Source: Octopus vulgaris (lineage: Eukaryota). Taken from it: DNA of 64,000 nucleotides. The notes under the pieces were generated by a model. It did no database searches and was not told the origin of the DNA. It worked only from the letters and a program-made list of their open reading frames with translations. Position numbers and translations under genes: made by a program. Shown here piece after piece: positions 39,342 through 53,297 of this stretch (position 1 is its first letter; every line of letters starts with the position of its first letter). The stretch spans positions 2,108,001 to 2,172,000 of the forward strand of contig OX597829.1 in the NCBI GenBank assembly GCA_951406725.2. Direction: 5' to 3'.

Positions 39342-39572
39342 GGCGGCGAGCTGGCAGGATCGTTAGCACGCCGGGCGAAATGCGAAGCCGTATTTCGTCT
39401 GCCGTTACCTTCTGAGTTCAAATTCCTCCGAGGTCGACTTTGCCTTTCATCCTTTCGGAGTCGATAAATTAAGTACCAGTTACGCACTGGGGTCGATGTA
39501 ATCGACTTAATCCGTTTTTCTGTCCTTGTTTGTCCTCTCTTAGTTTAGCCCCTTGTGGGTAGTAAAGAAATA
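39342..39572 (+). mobile_element. SINE family 1, full-length representative (other copies ~7283, 8000, 16106, 20733, 29143, 41070, 52570, 56846, 60784, 62497)
   Basis: tRNA-like head GGCGGCGAGCTGGCAG...GAGTTCAAATTCC, central GCCTTTCATCCTTTCGG..TCGATAAA block, and 3' end GTGGGTAGTAAAGAAATAG. More than 12 copies in the window. Confidence 0.85.
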
Positions 39573-39745
39573 GGTATTTCGTCTGCCGCTACGTTCTGAG
39601 TTCAAATTCCGCTGAGATCGACTTTGACTCGGATTGTTCTCAAGAAAATTTAGAAAATAATCCTTTCTTAATAGTAAGACCATAGGGAAGAGGGGTCTAC
39701 TTCTAGCATAATGGATGTCCATTTAGTGGTCATCCCTCTTATATG

Positions 39746-39784
<39 letters not shown>

Positions 39785-39999
39785 GTGCATATTTGTGTGT
39801 GTGTGTGTCTTCCTACCATCGCTTGACAACCGGTGTTGGTGTTTACTCCCCCGTAGCCTAGGGGTTCGGCAAAGGAGACCGATAGAACAAGTACTAGACT
39901 TACAAAGAATAAGTCTTGGGGTCAATTTCTTCGACTAAAGGCGGTGTTCCAGCGTGGCCGCAGTCAAATAACTGAAACAAGTAAAAGATTTATATATAT

Positions 40000-40074
<75 letters not shown>

Positions 40075-41816
40075 ACGAGATTCTTTCAGTTTTCGCCTAC
40101 CAAATACACTCACAAAGCTTTGGTCAGCCCGAGACTATATAGTGGTGCTGCCACGCAGTAGGACTGGAACCCGGAACCTTACGGTTATGAAGCAAGCTTC
40201 TTATCACACAGCCACGCATGCGCCAATAAGAAACATATTCACTGTTTAGAATTGAAGATGATCCGGAGTGGAGAAAACATTGCAGAAATTATTGATGGGA
40301 TCGTGAATGGCGAATAGACTTTACCAAACCTCGATGACTGATGACTGACTGGCCAAACAATTGGTCAAGCAATCGATTGATTAATTGGTTAAATAAATTA
40401 ACCAATTCACTAATAACTAATAAAGAAATGAAATAGAACCAGTGTGTGTGTTTATTATTGGCATAATGACCCTTCCGAGATTCAACAAAATTTGTTTGAA
40501 CACACGAGCTTACATCATGAATCGTACAAATCAAAAACAGAAACGATCTGTTTTAACATCTCCTTTTAATCTCCAACTGCGATTTTCGGTTTTCCAGATA
40601 ACGGTATTTAATGCATTTAAAAGGCGGCCAACTAGCAGACACGTTAGCAGCAAAAGAATGTCTCGCGAAACTTATTTCTCTCTCTGTGTTCTAAGATCAA
40701 ATTGCACCGAGGTCAACTTTGCATTTTATCTTTTCCGTTCCGATAAAAATGAATGAAGCCAAGGCGGTGTATTGGTGAAACCTTAAGACTGGATGCCTTG
40801 TGCTATTTGTCATGCTCTTAGCATTCTCATTTCAAATCCTGCCATGGCCCACACTACTGGTACACTTAACTCGTAGCCCAGTTTTGCACTAGCGTCAAAC
40901 ACCTTGGGTATCTTTGGCAGGGTCTGCTCTATTGCAAGCATTTAGGTCCAGTTTCTAATTTCCTAAAACATCTCTCCCTTCTCTCCACCCCAATGTCTTG
41001 GAGTCCCTATAAAAGATTACGAACATTGCCTTCCTCTTGACAAAAAGTCTAGAAAAAAAATCTCTTAAGATGGTGAACTGGCATAATCGTTAGCGAGTCG
41101 GTCAAAATGCTTAGCGGTATTTCGTCTGCCGTTACATTCTGAGTTCAAATTCCGCCGAGGTCGACTTTGCATTTCATCCTTTCGGGGTCGATAAATTAAG
41201 TACCAGTTACGCACTGGGGTCGATGTAATCGACTTAATCCTTTGTCTGTCCTTGTTTGTCCCCCTCTGTGTTTAGCCCCTTGTGGGTAGTAAAGAAATAG
41301 GTACTTTATCCGGATCTTTATATTTTGAATTCAAACTCTACCGAGGTTGACTTTGCTCTTATCTTTTCATGGTCGATAAAATAAATACCAGCTGGATATC
41401 GGGGTCGATGAAATCGCCCTTAAGCCCCTTGTCTTAAAATTGTCAGTAAAAATTTGAAACATCACTTTTTTTCTTATTTCTACGTCGTTTTTTTTTTTTT
41501 TTTGCTTTTTCATGCACGGTACGCAGCCAAGGGAGAGAACTCAGTGCCTAGTTTGCATTCTTTGAATCAGAAATAAATCGCCAAGATTGAAATATTTCCA
41601 TCTGAGTTTAATATTCAGCTATCAGCGGTAGTGTGCGTATGGCATCCTGAAGAATTGGTAAATCATCATGCGTTCCGGTTGAAACAATAGACAAAGGAGA
41701 ATAACTTACATCAAGATGATTGAATGCGGAGAGATCTTAAGAATAAGTATTTGAACATCCATTCAAGTTTGAATCTTATATTCATGGGAATATAATTATT
41801 ACTCTAATATTACAGT

Positions 41817-41888
41817 TCCTCGGTAGTATAGTGGTAAGTATCCCCGCCTGTCACGCGGGAGACCGGGGTTCGATTCCCCGCCGGGGAG
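41817..41888 (+). tRNA. tRNA-Asp-GTC: tRNA-Asp (anticodon GTC)
   Basis: 72 nt TCCTCGGTAGTATAGTGG...GGTTCGATTCCCCGCCGGGGAG. The acceptor stem pairs, the anticodon GTC lies at 41850-41852, and A and B boxes are intact. Nearly identical to canonical metazoan tRNA-Asp. Confidence 0.97.
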
Positions 41889-41897
41889 GCGAGTTAC

Positions 41898-41910
41898 TTT
41901 TTTTTTTTTT
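41898..41910 (+). terminator. RNA polymerase III terminator of tRNA-Asp
   Basis: T13 run starting 10 nt after the tRNA 3' end. Confidence 0.85.
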
Positions 41911-43439
41911 GGCTCGATTTTCTGACTTGGATCCTGCTTACTGTATCCTGTTCTCTGAGGATCCGTCTGGGGTGAGGGCTTGTGTTGGTCAACCATTGTG
42001 TATATATATTTGTGTGAGTGTGTGTCTGTATTTGTTGCCCTGCCATTGCTTGACAACCAATGCTAGTGTGTTTATGTCTCTGTAACTTAGTGGTTTGGCA
42101 AAAGAGATCGATGGAATAAGTACTAGGCTTACAAAGAATAAGTCCCGGGGATCGATTTTCTTCGACTAAAATAAAACACATTTAAGGTGGTGCTCCAGCA
42201 TGGCCACAGTCAAATGACTGAAACAAGTAGAACAATAGAACAATATATAAATTATTAGTTATTATAGATATCATATAATTAATTATTAATGAATTATCAA
42301 AACATTCCAGGAATATTCCGTATTTAAAAGAAAATTCTGATTTTGATTTATTTTGTGCAATTAATTATCTTTAAATATTCCAATTTTCAGAGATAAAATT
42401 ATGAAAGTAACTTTTCCACAATACAATCTCTACGGGTCCCGCTGGTATTTATCAATACGAAACTGATGCTATATTGTAAAAATTGTCAGGCTGTCAGCTT
42501 ATGTCGCTAGGTTAGCCCACACTTTGTAAGAATCTCCTTGCCATAGAGGTGGGAATCGAGGTGGCTTATGGGCAAATCCTCTATTCGATAAACGGTTCTC
42601 AGTTTCTGGGGAAAAGAGGATTAAGGTGCTTAAGCCAATTGCAGAATTAGCTGTAACGAGTTCCAGGTAATCTGGTCAAGGAGGAATGAAATTGAATTTT
42701 AAGAGACATAATTTACCTTACGTTCAATTAGTTTCCTAGAGTGAAGTGGTTACGGTATACAAAATATTTTGGTTCTGGGGCACCTTAACCACCAGGAAAG
42801 GCGCATGTTGTAATGCAGACAATAATACAGAATGTGTTAGCAAAGGAGTATCCAAGAGTTGTGATCTGGATGCGGCTGATCCCAGTTAGACTTTAAGTAG
42901 TTAAAGGTGGAAACTCTTGCATGAAGCAGAGGTGATTCTTTTGTGAAGACTTTCTGCTGATCAACTCTCCAAAATGTCTCTTTCTTTCTTCAAGTAACTG
43001 ATTTTTGTTAGCCCTCAGTTTTGCTTTTAATAATTGACCTTCGGCTATAATCACCGTCAGGAGATGTGAGAGAATATTCTTTATCATCGTCATTCATCGA
43101 ATATTGTGCTCTCGTGTCATAGGACTCACAAAGCCCGTTGTTTTGATTCCACGGCGTGTGTGATTCTAAGACGACAACACACCACGTGAACGGAGCTCCA
43201 GTCCGACGCTGAGTAGACTGGACCAACGTGGAATGAAGTGCTTTGCTCTCACCCGGTACCAGAATCGAAACCGCGATCTTGCAACAACGAGTGCAACATC
43301 TTAACTATTAGGGGCCAGGCGCCTTTTAAGAGAATGCTGGTGATTACTGCTAAAAGAACAACAGCAACAACCGTTTCCATTTCATCCTAAAGCTACTGAA
43401 AACGAACCCGTGAGCCTAATTTCGCAACAAGACTAAATA

Positions 43440-44977
43440 CATCATCATCATTGTTCGACCGTGGTCGAGACAATGGAATTTACCATGTTGCGCCAGACTT
43501 CACGGTCCATCATAGCATTACGGAGGTCCTGTTGCTGGATGCCTGTATCCCTGGAGATTACATCAGGGTAGGAGAGTGTGCGCCCTCTGGTGTTGCGAGT
43601 AGATGGCTTCCAGAGGAGAAGAGTATAAATTACTTCTTTTTCAGCTCTACAACAATGTCCAGCAAACTGGACTCTCCTACCTTTCACAAGAGATGACACA
43701 GGTGGTAATTTCCCATATATTTGCATTTTAGTTGGATGGCGCCTCCACGAGAGATTTTGAGCTCTCATAAGGAGGCGAGTGTAGGTTCCATCCAACCGCC
43801 TCTCAAGCTTCTTTGATAACGTCCAGGTTTCTGAGCCATATAGAAGAATTGGTTCGACTGTGGCTTTGAATATTTCAAGTTTGAAGTCTCTACTTAGATT
43901 TGATGACCAGATCTTATGCATGTCATGACAGGCTGACCAGGCCATACCCTTTCTAGTTAGAAAGTCTTTTCCAGATGATGATATGTATGACCCAAGATAT
44001 TTATAATCAGAAACCATATTTAAAGGTGCACTGTTGAGAGTGTGGATGATGCAATCACTGTTGGACAGGCACTTGTTTATGTATTCAGTTTTGGTCTCAT
44101 TGAGGTAAAAACCTACACAATTTGAGGCTTGTTCAAGAGATTGTAAAAGAGACTGGGCATTGGAGAGAGAATCACTGATAAGAGCGATGTCGTCAGCAAA
44201 GTCAGTGTCTGTCAAGTACTCAGCTGGGTGTCTGGAACTTCTTCTTGGTTTTATTTCAAAGCCCTTGCCAGAGATGGTATCAACTGACATACGTAGCACA
44301 TAATCAACAACAATGATGAAAAGAAATGGGGCGAGTGTGTCTCCCTGCAGTATTCCGGCCTCGATCGAGAAAGATGATGTTTCTCTATCAGGGGTTAAGA
44401 TGGTTGAAGACGTATCTGTGTAGAGGACCTTGATGGCAGAAATAATTTTGTCTGGTATCCCATAGAGCTTAAGGATTTCAAACATCTTGTACCTATCTAC
44501 AGAATCGAACGCTTTAGAAAAGTCTACAAATACCATTGCAAGATCGCGATTAAATGCTTTTGATTCTTCAATAAGTCTGCGCAGGCATAGTATCTGGCTC
44601 AGCGTTGAGCGCCCATGTCTGAATCCATTTTGGTTCTTTCGGAGCAAAGGTTCAACAAAAAGGACAAGACGGTTTAGGATCAGTTTGTTGTACAGTTTTG
44701 CAGCAATTGACATTAGAGATATGCCCCTGTAGTTGGTGACGAGGGACAAATCGCCTTTTTTGGGTATTGGAATGATTTGAGATTGGTGCCAAATCTTTGA
44801 AGCGACAAAGGTGGAAAGTGTGTGGTTGCAGAGGTTAAGCAAAAGTGTGTGAAATCTATCATCCTTCCAAATCACAGCCGGAATGTTGTCGGGACCAAAT
44901 GCTTTCGAGGCTTTTAGTTGCTTGGTGGCTGCTGTTAGTTCAAATATGGTAAAAGGGGAGGTGTTGATGTCCAGCAA
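43440..44977 (-). mobile_element. 5'-truncated RTE-clade LINE with intact 509-codon reverse transcriptase ORF
   Basis: RT motifs YRGISL, QNGFRHGRST, FVDFSKAFDSV, GILQGDTLAPFLF, FADD and YKYLG. The ORF ends directly in a (TGA)n tail. No endonuclease domain is present. Confidence 0.93.
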
Positions 44978-45438
44978 ATGAATGTGACGGTCAACGTTTA
45001 TCTATTAAAACCCTTGCTTTATCTGTATGGTACTAATAATAACTTATGATAGGTAATTCAGTGCGGTACCGTATTAATAAATATTACGACAGATTCGTTG
45101 GTGGATGCTGTATTAATGATAACGATTATGATACGATTAGGATTAGTGTGGTGACAATTATGGTACAAAAGTTAGTGTTAGAGTATTTAATTAAATACGT
45201 TATACTAGGAAGGAATACGGAAAACAGAAAGAGAAAAAGTGTGAAACGAGGCTCCAGCAGGGGCTGGTGGCCATCCCTGCTGTACTCTTTCGCCACAACT
45301 TTCTCTCACTCTTTCTTCTGTTGGCCTGCTCGCTTAGCCAGCGGGGTGGTGTCATCTGAAGGCTAAAACAATGCGAAGCGCATTGTGACCAGCGATGTGT
45401 AGCAACACCTGATAGCCTGGTCGGTCACGGTGATATAT

Positions 45439-45496
<58 letters not shown>

Positions 45497-45621
45497 GCAC
45501 ACACAAACCACACTACACGAGCGCACACACATAATTCTGTGGCGAGTTAAGAAGTAAACAGTATTTGTTATAGGATAAATCTTTGACTATGTCTACTCTG
45601 ACTTCTTCGGATTCGAATAAA

Positions 45622-46398
45622 GGATCTTTTCCTTTTGAACGGCAGTTTTCAACACAATTTCCGCGTAACTAAACACTTTTAAACTTCGTATACTGGTAGA
45701 ATGTGTCAAAATAAAACATTTTTTTCTCTTGGCTTTCTTGAGAAAATTGTAATTTTAAAGTTTAACGTAGTTTAATTTTTCGAATTTTAACCAATCCTAT
45801 GCCCTCTAGTGAGCTAAAATCATTTGCTGCGTCTAAAACTAAGACAACATCCTGTCATTAACCCTAACCCTCAAATTTTAGCCTTTCGTTTTTTTTTTTT
45901 CTTAATTGTTAAATTAATTTAAGGATAACAACTGAGAAAAAAAAACGAAAGGCTAAAACGAAAGCAATGGAAAATAATTTTAATTTAACAATTAACAAAA
46001 AAAAAAACGAAAGGCTAAAACGAAAGCAAAAACTCAAAATAAAAACAAAACGAATAATTTTAGACACGCGTAACAATTAAATTAATTTAACAATTAAGAA
46101 AAGAAAAACGAAAGGCTAAAATTTAGGGTTAGGGTTAGGGTTAGGGTGAGGCTTAGGGTTAGTGACAGGATGTTGTCTCAGTTTTAGACGCAGCAAATAA
46201 TTTTAGCTCATTAGAGGGCATAGGATTGGTTAAAAGCCGAAAAATTAGACTACGTTAAACTTCAAAATTACAATTTTCTCAAGAAAGCCAAGAGAAAAAA
46301 ATGTTTTATTTTGACACATTCTACCAGTATACGAAGTTTAAAAGTGTTTAGTTAACTAGAAACTGTGTTGAAAAGTGCCGTTCGAAAGGAAAAGATCC
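45622..46398. mobile_element. Long palindromic Merlin-like MITE (family A relative)
   Basis: Inverted arms of ~250 bp starting GGATCTTTTCC. TSD CGAATAAA/CGAATACA. CCCTAA in the left arm and TTAGGG in the right arm. Confidence 0.85.
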
Positions 46399-46921
46399 CG
46401 AATACATTTTACTAAGAGAGCCGAGGCAATGATAAATGGTTTTATACAATATATAACACTTGTACCTTTATTAAACAGTAAATAATTTTAAAATTTTGAG
46501 TTCTCTCCCTTAGGTCACTTCTTGCTTCGTTAGAATTTTCAATGTTTTCGTGCCAAAAAATCTGTGTCAACACTAAAGACTATATCTATTGTGCTGATCA
46601 GTAGAATAAACAAATATCTCTATCGTGGAACATTTTAGTAGCATTAATAATAACATGATTAAAGGAAAGGACATTTAAAGGTAAATATTTGTAAATATAA
46701 AAAAAAACACACATTAAGGGGAGATAATAGATGGTTCGTAAATGTGCCAAGATTAAATGACAGACAGACAGAGGCAAGAAGGCAGTCAGAGGAGGAGGAG
46801 AAGAAGAAGAAGAAGAAGAGCAACAACAACAACAACGAGGAGGAGGAGGAGGGGAATGTGGGTTGAAGAGGAAAAGAAATCAAAGGTTCCCCCCCACCTC
46901 TTTATTGCTTATTCATTAGAC

Positions 46922-47366
46922 TAGCAGTTCTCAACCATTTCTCACCTATGGACCCTTCTGATTCCTGTTTTGCTCGGACAAACCCTCCTCAGAGCTGTTT
47001 TTGACATTAAAAAAATTTTATCATATTTTCATAATTAAATATTATTAGGAATTGTATTCAAAACCTTATTATAATTTGTGCATTGTGGAAGTATAACTGA
47101 TTTATAGCTGATAAGCCTTAACAACAAAATTTATTCAGGGTCCTTTTGAGCGAGATGGGCTACTCAACCTGAAGAAAATTCTAACTGGACCCCACCTGCA
47201 AGGTCATGCATGGTTTATCTTGATATGAGATCACCATGTCGCGCACACATGGTTGTGAAGCATGCGGCTGGTGTACCCTTATCAGACGGGTAGTCATGAT
47301 GGGTATACTGGGATTCATATATTTTACCCCAGTGTCACTTTGATGGCATGCACTGCTCTCTCACTC

Positions 47367-47406
<40 letters not shown>

Positions 47407-48424
47407 TGTCCTGATGCAATACCAGGTACCTGCTCTCGTGGCTTCTGATCTTAACTGATTGGAAGTGTTATCATGTACATTGTTTTGTCTTGGTATAAAA
47501 GATGGGCTACAGCAAATATTCTGCTTAATACCACAATGCCCTGATGCAGTACCAGGCAGTGGCTCTCGTGGCTTCTGATCTTAACTGATTGGAAGTGTTA
47601 TCATGTACATTGTTTTGTCTTGGTATAAAAGATGGGCTACAGCAATACCACAGATATGCTTGTCAGTTGTAACCAGTTGAGCATTCTCTTGGTGGTTGGC
47701 GATATGTGCATCTCTGATCACGAGCAGAAGTAGTGGGGGAGCATCATTGCCATGTGTTGAGAGGGATTCTTTGGGGTTTAAATAATTCACCTCTGGAAAC
47801 ATGGGTGGTTCTTTCAACATCCTTAAACAACCCTTATTCAGGGACCTTTTGAGTGGGATGGGCTACTCAACCTGAAGAAATTTCTAACTGGGCCCCACCT
47901 GCAAGGTCATGTGCTGTTTATCTTGATATGAGATCACCATGTCACGCACACATGGTTGTGATGCATGTGCCTGGTGTACCCTTATCAGACGGGTAATCAT
48001 GATGGGTATATTGGGCTTCGTATATTTTACCCTAGTGTCACTTTGATGGCATGAACTGCTCTCTCACTCAATAATAATAATAATAATATGTCCTGATGCA
48101 ATACCAGGTACCTGCTCTCGTGGCTTCTGATCTTAACCGATTGGAAGTGTTATCATGTACATTGTTTTGTCTTGGTATAAAAGATGGGCTACAGCAAATA
48201 TTCTGCTCAATACCACAGAATTGCTTGTCCCTTAGTAGCTGACGATATGTGCATCTCTGATCACGAGCAGAAATAGTGGAGAGCATCACAGCCATATGTT
48301 GAGAGGAATTCTTTGGGGTTTGAATAATTCACCTCTAGAAACATGGATGTTTTGTTCAACATCTTTAAACAACCCTTATTCAAAGACCCCCAATGGTCAT
48401 TTGGACCCTGGTTGAGAAGCACTA
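46922..48424. mobile_element. hAT-like MITE carrying an internal tandem-repeat insertion
   Basis: TIR TAGCAGTTCTCAACCA / TGGTTGAGAAGCACTA. 8-bp TSD CATTAGAC/CATTAGAT. Confidence 0.7.
47131..48385 (+). repeat. Tandem array of a ~550-bp (AAT)n-associated element
   Basis: Order is 3' half - (AAT)n - full unit with internal duplication - (AAT)n - 5' half. Another copy lies at 55136-55490. Confidence 0.85.
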
Positions 48425-49239
48425 CATTAGATATATTACAACAATTTGTCCTCCATTCAACTCAAATCCTAATTTCTACAATAGTTATTTCGGTTTAAGA
48501 GCACTCAACCCACAAATAAGAGCAGATAAATTTCCCAGGAACATAGTCTGGCATGTAAAAAAAAATTAAATAAAACCATGAAAACGTGATTTTTCAAGTT
48601 CAATTCTCATGGCATGGCACCTTGGGTGAGTAACTTTTGCTCTAGCCCATGACCAACTAAAGCCTTGTTAATGAATTTGATTGGCAGAAACTGAAAGAAG
48701 CCTATTGTGTATATGCACACATATGTACATATATACATGTATGTATGTATGTGCGCATATATGTAGGTATGTATGTATTTATGTATGTACCTATGTATGT
48801 ACATATGTATATATGTTTGTATGTATAAAGGGAGAGTTTACGAAAAAAACAAAAGACGAAGGCAGGTGGTGTACAAAACAAATAGATGTATTAGTATAAC
48901 ACTGAGGAATAGAAAAAGTATTTTATGTTTCGAGCCTACGCTCTTCTGCAGAAAGGGACACAGAAAAAACAAGGAGATAAAAAAATGCGTGTAGTGGCTA
49001 ACAATCTATCATGTTGACTGACTTGTCACACATGAGAGCAAAGAAGTAGGGGAGATAACAAAGTATAGATGTATATATGTATGTACGTGTGTATGTGTGT
49101 GTGTGTGTAAGAAGTTTTCACCTACTAACATAATAAAATAGGTGTATGTATTGAGTGTTCAGTTTGGTTTACCACTAAAACTCTAGGTTGAACTGCAACT
49201 GGAAAATGTAGCATTGAAAATGCCTATCGAAGGGGGCTA

Positions 49240-50170
<931 letters not shown>

Positions 50171-50980
50171 TAGTTAAAACAAGACATTCATATTTAGCAC
50201 TTGAGAAAAGTCTTGCATGTTTTTACTGTTCCACTCACAGCTTGCACTAGTAATGTTCAAATCAGCTGGTCAGTTTCTCTTTCCAAAATCCCTGTTTATT
50301 TAGATTCTCCGTTAAGCATTTACTAACAAAACCTAATGCTCCAATTATTATTGGTATGAATATGAATTCTGAAACTGAAAAAAGGCCATCATATATATAT
50401 GTTTATATCTATATCTTTATATCTATATGTGTGTATCTTCATGTATGCAATAGTCCACCACTGCTGCTTGACAACATGTAGCTTAGCGGTTTAGAAAAAG
50501 AGACTGATAGAATAAGTGCCAAGTTATGACAGTTGGAAAAAGAGAAATCTTCTCATACATTGTAAAATGAAGTGTCATCAAGAACAGAAGCACACTTCTT
50601 GGTTCAAAAACTGAACCCCCATCGTTCTAATCATAAGCCATGCACGCTAACCTTAATGTTATACCCCCATGACCAACACTGCTGATTTTCCCAACAAAAT
50701 TGGGATAAGTGCAGTCCATCTGAGAAATGAGCCTCATGAGATAGGGTGGCTGTTACAACGAGTGTTGCTAGCCTTTCTCTGCAGCAATGCCTTTGCAATT
50801 ACGTCTGTGAAGCATTGCTGAACAAACCCTTTTGGGCCCAGGGGAACAACCTGTTATTCTATCCCCCAACCTCCACCTCTTTTTTGTTACTTAATTCCCT
50901 ACACACACTGTTTCTTTTTTCTTTGTTTCCTTGTCCAAGTAATTAGAGCTGGGGCATGTAAAGTGTGTGTGTGTGTGTGT

Positions 50981-51054
<74 letters not shown>

Positions 51055-52189
51055 CGACCGATAGATAGATAAATATATTGTATCTTTTCTTTTACTTTTT
51101 ATTTCTTTCAGTCATTAGATTGCAGACAAGCTGGGGAACTGTCATAAAGGTTTTTAGTTGAACAAACCGACCCCAGGACTTATTTCCATTTTTTTAAACC
51201 TAGTACTTATTCTATTGGTCACGCTTTGTCAAAACTCTAAGGAGACGTAAACACACCAACACCGGTTGTCAAGCAATGGTAGTAGGACACACACACACAC
51301 ACAAATATATGACGTGCTTCTTTCAGTTTCCAGCCACCAAATCCACTCACAAGGCTTTGGTCAGCCCGAAGCTATAGTAGAAAACACATGCCCGAACTGC
51401 CAAACAGTGGGACTGAACCTGGAATCATGTGGCTGGAATGCAAGCTTCTTGCCACCCACGCCGATAATTTAATCTTCTATACTTGAAAAATATTTTTCTT
51501 TCTTTTCCTCCTGTAAAAAATATGTCCCTAAATGGAAATTCGTCGTAATCAAGAAAGATAATTCATTTTATCTGGAGATTATCTCCACTTAATCCATCGA
51601 GTCAGAAACGCCTAAAAATTAAATTTCATCAAACTTCAAAACAAATTTTTTAAGTTAAGCAACAGTTGTAATAGGTGAATACTGATTGTAGTGACGATAA
51701 GTTGTTGATGATCGGATTCTGAGATGCAGGTTCGATTCCACGGTATCATTCAATTTTTTGTTGTGTCTGGGGAGAGTAATTTTCTTTTTGTGTCTTATAA
51801 TTTAACACACCGGTAAATTTTCCCCTTATTTCTTATTTTTATTGTCCTAAAATAATTTTCGTTGCGTCTTGCAACCTTTTCAATAGTCTTGAGTCAAAGA
51901 CTATTGAAAAGGTTGCAAGACGTAACGAAAATTATTTTAGGACAATAAAAATAAGAAAAAAAGTGGAAATTTTACCGGTGAGTGTGTTAAATTATAAGGC
52001 ACAAAAAGAAAATGACTCTCCCCAGACACAACAGAATATGCTTCAACACACGAACTCATATAAAGCATCTGGCAAACCAAATCCAAAAACGAAATTCAAT
52101 TTTTTTTACATATCATCTACAAAACAGTTTCTGCTAAAGTTAGCATTCAAAGAGAAATAACCTTTTATTCGCCGCGATTGTTAAAATTT

Positions 52190-53015
52190 ACGAAGACAGA
52201 TTGGGTGAGATGAGGGAAGAGGTAACAAGTGGATGATTTTTGCAGAAATCCAAGAGATTTAGTTGATGCCTTATTGAGATAGATGTAACTTCAAGAGCTG
52301 CATTCATACAGAAATCACCTACCCTGATGTAATCTCCAAGGATACAGGCATCCAGCAACAGGACCTCCGTAATGCTATGATGGACTGTGAAGTCTGGCGT
52401 AGCATGGTAAATTCCATTGTCTCGAGCACGGTCGAACAACGATGATGATGACAGAAATCTGTTTTATGAGGAACAACAAGGATTGTTCAAAAGGTCCTTG
52501 AGACCTAAAGAAACCAGGTGATTTGGAATCAATGGTCAGAGAGATCCCAAATGTAACACATTTGGGCATACCTATTTCTTTACTACCCACAACGGGCTAA
52601 ACACAGAGAGGACAAACAAGGACGGACAAACGGATTAAGTCGATTATATCAACGAAATACCGCTAAGCATTTCTCCCATCGTGCTAACGATTCTGCCAGC
52701 TCGCTGCCTTTCATATCATATGTGATACCAGTAATAACTGGCACATTTGGAAATATCAGTACTCAACTACCAACATGGCTCAAAAAGATTGGTACAAATA
52801 TAAAGGTAGAACATCTACAAAACTGACCATTGCTTGGAACTGCTAGAATTCTCCACTGGGTTCTTGAAGCATGATCAGTAAACAAGTCCCACCTTAGTCT
52901 GCCGCTGCTGGTAGTGGATTTTGTTTTATTTTTCTTTGTTTTTTTTACAATGTATCCTTCCTATCAAACCCATCAAAATAAACTGAGTTTTCATCAAATA
53001 ATAATAATAATAATT
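52190..53015 (+). mobile_element. Two degenerate R4/Dong-like retrotransposon 3' ends, the second ending in (TAA)n
   Basis: IQKSVL*GTTRIVQKVLET* (split by the RTE insert) and WLKKIGTNIKVEHLQN*PLLGTARILHWVLEA* resemble the LLGTARILRKVL terminus of REL-type elements. Confidence 0.55.
52318..52450 (+). mobile_element. Short RTE 3' fragment with (GAT)n tail and 9-bp TSD
   Basis: Matches the RTE 3' end. TSD ACAGAAATC at 52308-52316 and 52451-52459. Confidence 0.85.
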
Positions 53016-53242
53016 AATCAGTCATAAATTAAAGAAATAACAGGAAAAAGAAATTAAAAGACATTACAAAAAGTTTAAAAAGTTATATCAATTTTTATTT
53101 CAATTTCATTCTTAATTTTTTTTTTGTTTGTTTTGTTTTTGCTACCAAAAATGTGTTTTTGCTATGATGACACAAAAACAAATTTCGGTAGGATTCGGGC
53201 TCTAGAGAATGTTCCATGTGATTTTATATATATATATGCATA

Positions 53243-53297
<55 letters not shown>

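Noticed and set aside
47131-48385. CRISPR-like array or hammerhead retrozyme
   Set aside because: Units are long with no unique spacers, and the CTGAAGA present lacks a following stem II and GAAA.
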